A stretch of 32,000 nucleotides of DNA, from contig NZ_LWLG01000013.1 of assembly GCF_001652585.1 (NCBI RefSeq), forward strand, positions 34,376-66,375, written 5' to 3'. The notes beneath the pieces are model-generated. The model was not told the DNA's origin, searched no databases, and saw only the letters and a list, made by a program, of their open reading frames with translations. Shown one piece after another: positions 18,574 through 25,229 of the stretch; the first letter of the stretch is position 1, and every line of letters starts with the position of its first letter. The translations under genes were made by a program, and so were the position numbers. Origin of the DNA: Thermosulfurimonas dismutans. GTDB lineage: Bacteria > Desulfobacterota > Thermodesulfobacteria > Thermodesulfobacteriales > Thermodesulfobacteriaceae.

Positions 18574-19830
18574 GGGACTGTCCACCCGTTTGTGTAAATT
18601 TCATTATAGCCGGTCCTCGAAGAGAATTGCTATCTGGCCGTATATCTGAGGCCAGCCCTTGATCTGGGCCCATTTCCGCTCAAGCTCCATAGCTGCCATG
18701 TACAAGCACTTTAACAGGGATTCTTCCGTCGGAAATACCCGTCTTCCGGCCGTAGCCTTACGAAATTTACTATTTACGCTCTCTATAATATTTGTCGTGT
18801 ACATTACTCGCCTAATCTCCACAGGATACCTGAAAAAGGCTGTAAGAGCCTCCCAGTTCGCCTGCCAGCTCTTCACTACGTGAGGGTATTTACTCCCCCA
18901 TTTCTCCGAAAAAGCCTCCAGCTCCCTCTCCGCCGCCTCAAGCGTGGCCGCCCCATAGATCCTCTTGAGATCCCGAGCTATTTCACGTCTCTCTTTCCAA
19001 GCCACATACCTCAAGGAATTCCTGATCTGATGCACTATGCATCTCTGGATATCCGCCCTCGGGTAAACCGCCCCTATGGCCTTCTCAAGCCCAGAAAGCC
19101 CATCCACGCTGAAAATGAAAACATCCTTCACCCCTCGAGACTTTAGGTCGTTCAATACACCAAGCCAAAATCGGCTCGATTCTGTCCCGTTTATCCAAAA
19201 ACCTAAAATCTCCTTATAACCCTCAAGATCGAGTCCTATCGCCACATATACCGCCTTGTTCCTTACCTGCCCCTCCTCCCTGGCTTTATAGAAAATACAG
19301 TCTATCCAAATCAAAAAATACTTCTCCTTGAGCGGCCTCGAACGCCATTCCTCTATCTCCGGAAGTAGCCGATCCGTAATCTTGGAAATCAAAGAAGGAC
19401 TTACGTCAAAACCATACATCTCCGAAAGGATCTCCTGGATATCCCTGGTACTCATACCTTTGGCGTAAAGGGCTACAATCTGGTTTTCGATCTCATCCAG
19501 CATAGTCTGGCGCTTCCTGACTATTTGAGGCTCAAATTCGCCCTTCCGATCCCTGGGAACCTTGATCTCCAGGGCCCCGGAAGAGGTCTTAATCGTCTTG
19601 GAACTGTAGCCGTTCCGGGAATTGTCGGTATCCGAGCGCTCGTATCTCCCGTAGCCCAAAAACTCCTCTAGTTCGGCCTCAAGGGCTTCCCTCAAAGTAC
19701 GCCGGACAAGTTCCTTAATGGTGGCCTGCACTTCTTCGGGCTGAGGTGCCTTCTTGGCTCTTGCCATAGTGTCCACCCTCCTTTTGTAATTTGCTTATTC
19801 TAAAATCTCCACAGTTGGGTGGACACTCCC
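18574..19830 (-). mobile_element. IS256-family insertion sequence, copy 1 (1257 bp), intact
   Basis: Imperfect terminal IRs: GGGACTGTCCACCCGTTTGTGTAAATTTCA (18574-18603) versus the complement of 19801-19830, GGGAGTGTCCACCCAACTGTGGAGATTTTA (23/30 match). Perfect 8-bp TSD TACTATGA at 18566-18573 and 19831-19838. Confidence 0.95.
18604..19776 (-). CDS. IS256/Mutator-family transposase (390 aa)
   Basis: 'NGYSSKTIKTSSGALEIKVPRDRKGEF', 'VDGLSGLEKAI', 'IQRCIVHQIRNS', 'YTTNIIESVNSKFRK'. Confidence 0.95.
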   Translation of the reverse strand: MDTMARAKKAPQPEEVQATIKELVRRTLREALEAELEEFLGYGRYERSDTDNSRNGYSSKTIKTSSGALEIKVPRDRKGEFEPQIVRKRQTMLDEIENQIVALYAKGMSTRDIQEILSEMYGFDVSPSLISKITDRLLPEIEEWRSRPLKEKYFLIWIDCIFYKAREEGQVRNKAVYVAIGLDLEGYKEILGFWINGTESSRFWLGVLNDLKSRGVKDVFIFSVDGLSGLEKAIGAVYPRADIQRCIVHQIRNSLRYVAWKERREIARDLKRIYGAATLEAAERELEAFSEKWGSKYPHVVKSWQANWEALTAFFRYPVEIRRVMYTTNIIESVNSKFRKATAGRRVFPTEESLLKCLYMAAMELERKWAQIKGWPQIYGQIAILFEDRL

Positions 19831-20058
19831 TACTATGAAACACAATTTTTCGAAACCAAGATTCAGGAAGAACTCCAAGGCCTTTCTTATGGAGGCCGAA
19901 TAGGTGAGCACCAGGGCCTCCTGATAGCCTGCCACTAAACTCTGAGGGTCTCCAGAGAACTCCCGCCCTTTATATAAGATCTTGAGACGGCTCTCCGAAG
20001 TGTTTTCAAAAAGCCCCGCCATCCTTTTCATCTTGAGGTCTTTTTGTTGTTTTGACAA
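19831..20058 (-). pseudogene. N-terminal 76 codons of the IS-split PLD-nuclease / P-loop NTPase gene
   Basis: Reads '...LVLTYSASIRKALEFFLNLGFEKLCFIV' up to the TSD. It joins in frame to 18565 once the IS and one TSD copy are removed. The start is ambiguous (TTG 20058, ATG 20031 or ATG 20022). Confidence 0.8.
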
Positions 20059-20079
20059 GGCGTCGCTTGGAGTTATATT
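20052..20079 (+). promoter_or_regulatory. Near-consensus sigma-70-type promoter for the plus-strand operon
   Basis: TTGACA (20052-20057), 16-nt spacer, TATATT (20074-20079), 24 nt upstream of ATG 20103. Confidence 0.4.
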
Positions 20080-20102
20080 CAGAAAATCAACTCATAGAAC
20101 CT

Positions 20103-20855
20103 ATGGCACTTGACGAAAAGATTCTCTATCGCATTTTTTCCGAGCTTTTTCCGGATGAGACGGTTGAAAATTGGGCCTTTCTCGGAGACGGCTTTACGCC
20201 TTTTGCGGACTGGAGGCGAGCCGCCGGCCCCAAAAGAGAGCTTTGCTTTCTTATCAAAACCTGCGATCCTCGAAAGTTTATCGTAAAAGCCGAGGATATT
20301 CTCGGTTCCCATTGCCGCATAGCCAAGCTCGATGAGGCCATGGGGGTCTATTCTTTCTGGGTAGGCTGGTGCGAGACGCCGATCTTTGCGGTCTCCTTTT
20401 TCGTGCCGTTTTCGGACCCGTGGCGGAAAAAGCTCTTTGAGAGGATTTTTTACGGAGATAAGGAAAAATTTCACTATTGCAAACTATTCAATCATGGGGT
20501 GCGTCTCCTTCCGGACGAAGACTTTGGGGTTCTTTCCGTGGCCCTCGGAAGACAGGTAAGACGCCCACTTGATGGATTTTACGCTCTGGTGCTGGCCTCA
20601 AATGACCGAGCCACGGCCGAGAGAATCGAGGAGCTTGCGGGGATTCTTAAAATTTTAGAAAAGTTGAAAATCTTGGAAAAGAAGGCTTCTTTATTCAATT
20701 TAGCCAAAAACAGAATGGAAAGTTACAAGGATCGTGGTATCAATCGGTTTTTTTATTTTTGGGACTATGAGGAGCGCTGGTTACGGAGCGCGAAAGCCGA
20801 AGAAGTAAGAATGTTAAAGCGTATGAAAAGCTCCCTGCTTTTCAAAGACGACTAG
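20103..20855 (+). CDS. Hypothetical protein (250 aa), first gene of the operon
   Basis: ATG 20103 chosen because the TTG at 20052 coincides with the predicted -35 box. No recognisable motif. 5-nt gap to the next gene. Confidence 0.6.
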   Translation: MALDEKILYRIFSELFPDETVENWAFLGDGFTPFADWRRAAGPKRELCFLIKTCDPRKFIVKAEDILGSHCRIAKLDEAMGVYSFWVGWCETPIFAVSFFVPFSDPWRKKLFERIFYGDKEKFHYCKLFNHGVRLLPDEDFGVLSVALGRQVRRPLDGFYALVLASNDRATAERIEELAGILKILEKLKILEKKASLFNLAKNRMESYKDRGINRFFYFWDYEERWLRSAKAEEVRMLKRMKSSLLFKDD

Positions 20856-20860
20856 GAGTT

Positions 20861-21583
20861 ATGCTAGCCTTTGCCGCGGACATTCACGGCGAGTGGCGCA
20901 GGCTTTACGAGAACCTCCCTCAGGAGGTGGAAGCGGTTTTCATCTGCGGGGACGCTGAAATGGTTCGCTCTGAGGAGGATTTGGCGCTTATACCGGCTCC
21001 CAAGAAGCATCTAAAGCTCGGAGATTTTCATTTCTTTTGGGAGCGGGGCGAGGTTCCCGTTCCGACCTATGTCCTTCTTGGAAACCACGAGCCGTACCTG
21101 TGGCTCTGGGAGCACGAAAAAAACGGACCGACGGAGGTCATTAAGAACCTATGGGTGCTGGCACGGTCGGGAGTTATTGAGCTTTGCGGGCTAAAGATTG
21201 CTTATCTTGGCAGGGTTTTTGCCCCTACTACCTATTTTGAAGGGCGAGTATGGAATCCAGAGAAAGACAAGAGGTCCAAAAAGTCGAAGCTTGCGAGCCG
21301 TTTTACACCGGAAGATGTAGAAAGACTCATTTCAGAGGCGGCTAAAGTGGAAGATGTCGATGTACTCGCTCTCCACGAAAATCCGAATTATTGCAAGGAC
21401 GCACGAGGAAGAGAAGTCTATCGGAATATTGTTGAGCTTGTGAGACCGAAACTCATCATTTGCGGACATATGCATCGTCTTTTACTGGAAACTTTTTCTG
21501 GTGTTCCTATTTTTGGGCTTCCATATGGGATTCCAGTCACTTGGCAAAAAATCGAGTGTTCGATGGAAAACACAAATCTTTGA
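20861..21583 (+). CDS. Calcineurin-fold metallophosphoesterase, Dbr1 (debranching enzyme)-like, paralog 1
   Basis: Motifs 'ADIHGE', 'CGDAE', 'LGNHEP', 'ALHENP', 'CGHMH'. The block 'GDAEMVRSEEDLALIPAPKKHLKLGDFHFFW' resembles the Dbr1 region '[31 protein letters not shown]' (from memory). Confidence 0.7.
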   Translation: MLAFAADIHGEWRRLYENLPQEVEAVFICGDAEMVRSEEDLALIPAPKKHLKLGDFHFFWERGEVPVPTYVLLGNHEPYLWLWEHEKNGPTEVIKNLWVLARSGVIELCGLKIAYLGRVFAPTTYFEGRVWNPEKDKRSKKSKLASRFTPEDVERLISEAAKVEDVDVLALHENPNYCKDARGREVYRNIVELVRPKLIICGHMHRLLLETFSGVPIFGLPYGIPVTWQKIECSMENTNL

Positions 21584-21635
21584 GCGCTAATTCGACCTCG
21601 ATGTTTCGTCCAAGCCGATAAGTTTTCAATAGGCT

Positions 21636-22505
21636 ATGCATTTCGCAGTCATCGGTGATGTTCACGGGCGATTTGAGTTGCTGGCAAGGGTGCTTGCGGT
21701 CCTGCGCGACCGCTACGGGGTAGAACTCGCCTTTCAGGTGGGCGACTTGGCCTTTCTATCCTCAAGCGACCCCAAGTACCTCAAGGCCCTGAAGATGGCC
21801 GGGCCGCAAACTCCGCCCCTCATTTACGACGTTTTTGATGATGAAGTCCAAGCCATAAGGTTCCTCCACGGCGACATCGAGCTTCCCGTCCCGGTCTACT
21901 TCGTAGGCGGAAATCACGAGGACTGGCCGTACTTAGACTTCGTGGAAGAGAAGATGCGCGAGCAGGGGATAGCACCGCCCTACGAGATTGCGCCGAACCT
22001 CTTTTTCCTGGGAAAGGCGAGCGTGGTGGAGGTGTCCGAAATGCGGGTCGTCACCCTTTCAGGGATCTACGACCGCCTCAAGTGGGAGCTCTGCGTGACC
22101 TCACCGCGGAAGCTCTACTACCACAACCAAGAAGACGAAGAGGCGCTTCTCTTCCATGCGCCCGGGGCGGACCTTTTCATCGCGCACGAGTGGCCGGTGA
22201 AGCTCGCTTCGGGCGCAACCTGGGAGGAGGCCATTTACGCAGCCGTCGGCTCTCCCACGGTGGACCGGCTCATCCACCACTTTCGGCCCGCGCTTTCGTT
22301 CCACGGGCACATGCACCGCTACGCGCAGGGCATTCGCGGCCCCATGGGAGAGCGGCCCACGAAGTGGGTGGGCCTGGACATGCTCATCGTGGACCACTAC
22401 CACAGAGTCCGCAATGTGGCCCTTTGCGAGTTCGAGGGGCCGGGTGCGGTGAGGCTCCTTTTTACCGCGGAGGCGAGGAAACTCTTAAAGGACGCTTCCG
22501 CTTAG
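21636..22505 (+). CDS. Calcineurin-fold metallophosphoesterase, Dbr1 (debranching enzyme)-like, paralog 2
   Basis: Motifs 'IGDVHGR', 'VGDLAF', 'GGNHED', 'IAHEWP', 'HGHMH'. 'APNLFFLGKASVV...LSGIY' and 'GSPTVDRLIHHFRPALSFHGHMH' parallel recalled human DBR1 blocks. The gene is clearly more GC-rich than its neighbour. Confidence 0.7.
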   Translation: MHFAVIGDVHGRFELLARVLAVLRDRYGVELAFQVGDLAFLSSSDPKYLKALKMAGPQTPPLIYDVFDDEVQAIRFLHGDIELPVPVYFVGGNHEDWPYLDFVEEKMREQGIAPPYEIAPNLFFLGKASVVEVSEMRVVTLSGIYDRLKWELCVTSPRKLYYHNQEDEEALLFHAPGADLFIAHEWPVKLASGATWEEAIYAAVGSPTVDRLIHHFRPALSFHGHMHRYAQGIRGPMGERPTKWVGLDMLIVDHYHRVRNVALCEFEGPGAVRLLFTAEARKLLKDASA

Positions 22506-22514
22506 GAGAGCACG

Positions 22515-22886
22515 ATGTCAACCCGAGACCTTTTGCGGTTTGCAAGAGAAGTGGAAAAGAGCCGTCCCCGACTGAGGCGGGTCCTCAAGGTGGAGGAGCT
22601 TTATACCGAGTACCTCACGCGTCTTCCCCGCCTTCCGGTGGTGCGGGCCGGTTTCGAGGTCCTCAACGAATTTAATCTCCGCATCGTTTCCCCGAAAGCG
22701 CTTATTGCGGTGCTCCTCTGTCTTCCCGAGCGCTCAATGGACCTCTCTGCTTTCGTGCGGGTGCTTCCCGAAGTCTTTCCAGAGGATCTTTCCAGAGCCC
22801 TGCAAGTCCTTTCGGGGGACCCCGGGGTGCTTGCAGTGGTTCTCTACGGTTCAAGGGCTCGAGGAGATGCTCGGCCGGATTCGGAC
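22515..22886 (+). pseudogene. NTase-domain protein (~100-aa N-terminal extension plus a minimal nucleotidyltransferase motif), 3'-truncated by an IS
   Basis: 'VLAVVLYGSRARGDARPDSD' is the MNT/Pol-beta-type GS-x9-D-x-D motif. It is cut directly after DSD by the IS inverted repeat starting at 22887/22888. The listed ORF tail 'WGGIQFCVSGE*' is IS sequence. Confidence 0.75.
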
Positions 22887-22887
22887 T

Positions 22888-24237
22888 GGGGTGGTATTCA
22901 ATTTTGTGTGTCTGGAGAGTAAATAAGGAAGGCCCCTGGTGAAGGGCCTTCCTAAAAGAAAAGGGGAAAAGAAGAAACTCATCAAGGAGGTAACCGCTAT
23001 GAAACAGAATAATCCCTTCACCGAAGAATTTCTAGAACAACTTAAGGACTGGGAAAACTTTGTCCCCAGAGAGTTCCTCTCCTGGCTCTTTAAAAACCTG
23101 GGCCTGGCACACCGCGCCATCCACCTCAAGAAACATCCCCATGACAAGGGAAACGGCTTCTACGAAAGAACACTACAGATAGGATACAGATAGGAAGTCT
23201 TCCTTTTCCCGTAGAGGTGGCCCGTACACGGTATGAAAAGTTCCGGCCCTTTTTCCTCCCTCCAGGACACCTCCGGTATCTCCCCGAAGATTACCTCCAC
23301 CTGACCTCCTCCCTTCTCCTGGGCTCCCGATCCATCGATAGCGCTTCCCGGGCCCTAAAAAATATGGGCCTCCCCATAAATCAAGATTACCTGGAAGAAG
23401 TGATCGAAGAGTTCGTGACCTATCTCGAGGACCTCAACTCCTGCCCGCTGCCTTCAGATTTGGCCGCCCTCATCCTGGATGCCAAACATATCCACCAGAA
23501 GCTCAAAGACGGACAGAAGGTCATGGGACATACCACCTATGTGGCCCTGGGCCTTACCCTGGATGGGCAGAAGAAGATCCTAGGCCTCTACACCTTCGAG
23601 GGCTCAGAGAGCCTCGAGGGCTGGAAGAAGACCCTGGAGAAGCTTCTTCAGCGGGGGCTGAGGGGGATCCTTATCGTGATCCATGATGACTTCCCTGGAC
23701 TCCTGGGCCTCACCTCAAGCCTTTTTCCTCAGGCGGATATTCAACTTTGTACGGTGCACCTTTGCCGGAATGCAAGAAAACACCTCTCCCAGGAGAACTA
23801 TCGCACCTTTAAGAGCTACTTCAAAAGCATCAAAGCAAGCCTCAGCTATGAGGAAGGCTTGAGGCTTTTTGATTCTCTTCTCAAGGAGCTTCCACAGGAG
23901 AACACCTTTGTGAAGCTTCTTGCAAAGAAGAAAGAGCACTATCTGGCCTTTTTGAAGTATCCGGAGGAGGTGAGACCGCTGTTTTCCTCGACCAATCTGG
24001 CCGAGGGGATCAACCGGAAGATAGAAGAGGCGGAGAGGGCCTGTGGGGGTTATTTCCATTCGGAACGGGACCGGGACTTCAGGTATGGGGTGCTAGCTAA
24101 GGAATTGCTAGAGGGCAGATGGAGGAGGGTCAACTGGAAATACCAGCGGGTGGCTCACCTCCTGAGATATCTTTTCGAGGAAAGGTTTAAAAATGAGGAC
24201 CTCTTGGTCTAGACACAGAAAACTTGACAAGCGCCCC
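22888..24237 (+). mobile_element. IS256/Mutator-family insertion sequence, copy 2 (divergent type, ~1350 bp), transposase inactivated
   Basis: IRs GGGGTGGTATTCAATTTTGTGTGTCT (22888-22913) versus the complement of 24212-24237, GGGGCGCTTGTCAAGTTTTCTGTGTCT. No matching TSD in the flanks. Internal 10-bp hairpin 22926-22935/22944-22953. Confidence 0.8.
22999..24212 (+). pseudogene. IS256/Mutator-family transposase disrupted by an 11-bp tandem duplication
   Basis: ATG 22999 follows AAGGAGG. 'NGFYERTLQIG' runs into a stop at 23191-23193, and the continuation '...SLPFPVEVARTRYEKFRPFF...' is in another frame. TACAGATAGGA occurs twice in tandem (23174-23184, 23185-23195); deleting one copy fuses the frames. 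Confidence 0.85.
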
Positions 24238-24416
24238 ATTTGGCCTCAAGGGAGAGAGCGCAAGCCTCTATCCATTGTTTCCGGGAAAACTTGGCTAACC
24301 CCTCTATCAGCTTGTCCAGCGCCCCTTCCTGGAGCTTTTCCAGACGCCCCAGGTTAGCCACGATCCTCTGGCGAACTTTTTCGCCTCACTAGCCCTTCCC
24401 TGCTGTCAAACTTGGG
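24238..24416 (-). mobile_element. IS1634/IS4-family-like fragment (copy C): IS terminus plus an internally deleted transposase 5' region
   Basis: My minus-strand translation is 'VRQRIVANLGRLEKLQEGALDKLIEGLAKFSRKQWIEACALSLEAK'. The terminal CTGTCAAACTTGGG (24403-24416) is shared with the copies at 25216-25229 and 30038-30051. The left side is cut by the IR of IS256-type copy 2. Confidence 0.6.
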
Positions 24417-24465
24417 TTAGACTTTTTTCTAGAATTCTATTTAGTGGAAGGGTTGGGAGAAGAAA

Positions 24466-24669
24466 ATGAAGATCTACGAAACGGTAGTCACGCCGGATCG
24501 AAAAATAGTCGTGGAAAATATTTCTTTGATGCCGGGAGAAAAGGTCAAGTTGCTGATACTCAGGGAAAAGTCTGGCCGGAAGGGATATCCGCTCAGGGGA
24601 AGAAGAGTAGAATATATTGATCCTTTCGAAAGCGTGGCGGAAGATGAATGGGAAGCCCTAAAATGGTAG
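24466..24669 (+). CDS. vapB: VapB-type antitoxin (AF2212/DUF104-like)
   Basis: 67 aa, 'MKIYETVV...GEKVKLLILRE', C-terminal '..DPFESVAEDEWEAL'. ATGGTAG overlap with the PIN gene. Confidence 0.65.
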   Translation: MKIYETVVTPDRKIVVENISLMPGEKVKLLILREKSGRKGYPLRGRRVEYIDPFESVAEDEWEALKW

Positions 24670-24995
24670 TTCTTGACACCCATGTCTGGGTCTGGTGGGT
24701 TCATTCTCCAGAAAAATTAACCTCCAAACAAATTAGTGTCATTCAGGCTAATGAAAACGATTTAATAGGAATCTCGGCCATTTCCTGCTGGGAGATAGCG
24801 AAGTTGGTGGAACGGGGACGGTTGCGGCTTCCCTGCACCCTGGAGGAATGGTTCGATCTGGCTTTTTCCTATCCGGGGATAGAGATAATCCCTCTGACCC
24901 CTGAAATCGCCATAGAATCGACCAGGCTACCTGGAAACTTTCACAGAGATCCGGCGGATCAGCTGATTGTGGCCACAGCTCGGGTCCTGAATTGT
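24663..24995 (+). pseudogene. vapC: PIN-domain toxin VapC, 3'-truncated at a junction with IS1634-like sequence
   Basis: 'VVLDTHVWVWW', 'CWEIAKL', 'RDPADQLIVATARVLNCPLV'. From about 24996 the ORF reads the antisense of a transposase fragment, so the final acidic PIN residue region is missing. Confidence 0.75.
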
Positions 24996-25229
24996 CCGCT
25001 TGTCCAGCGCCCCTTCCTTAAGCTTTTCCAGACGCCCCAGGTTAGCCACGATCCTCTGGCGCACTTTTCCACTAACCCGCTTGCCCTCCACGATATAGAG
25101 ATAGGTTTTTGGAGGTGGAGACGGTAGAACAGAGGCAGGGAAGGGGAAAAAAGGGGGCATTTTAGGGGTATTTTGGGCCGAAAATACTCACTTCAGATTC
25201 ACCAGCCCTTTCCGACTGTCAAACTTGAG
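24960..25229. repeat. Left arm of a ~269-bp inverted repeat (36 nt of vapC plus the IS1634-like 5' end, transposase codons 1 to ~55, UTR and IS terminus)
   Basis: 24960-25198 equals the reverse complement of 30069-30307 with 2 mismatches in 239 nt (my alignment). The outer 31 nt are related but diverged. The minus-strand ORF 'MPPFFPFPASVLPSPPPKTYLYIVEGKRVSGKVRQRIVANLGRLEKLKEGALDK' is a typical IS1634-group N-terminus. Confidence 0.9.

Noticed and set aside
2618-18662. Numerous antisense or shadow ORFs. Examples: 2618-3091, 3662-3943, 4818-5201, 5759-6142, 7736-8621 (group), 9127-9363, 10032-10659, 11165-12011, 12821-13060, 13378-13713, 13923-15059, 16247-16477, 16550-17134 and 17283-18662
   Set aside because: Each lies opposite to, or out of frame with, a gene that has strong motif support. 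They have low-complexity, R/S/P-rich compositions and no recognisable motifs.
20104-20120. A sigma-54 promoter (TGGCAC) that could link the island operon to the NtrC-type regulator at 827-2179
   Set aside because: TGGCAC overlaps the ATG, and no TTGC(A/T) element follows at the required 5-nt spacing. I found no other convincing -24/-12 pair by eye.
22082-22675. A 197-aa ORF (and the 22101-22403 minus-strand ORF) overlapping the second phosphoesterase gene
   Set aside because: It is a by-product of the high GC content of this segment. The R/G/P/A-rich sequence has no motifs, whereas the annotated frame carries the complete MPE motif set.
24927-25160. ORFs 24927-25160 (-), 30107-30313 (+) and 30140-30346 (-) as genuine small genes
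   Set aside because: They are chimeras. An IS1634-like transposase N-terminus runs into the antisense of vapC, or a vapC tail runs into antisense IS sequence, and the junctions are duplicated in the inverted repeat.
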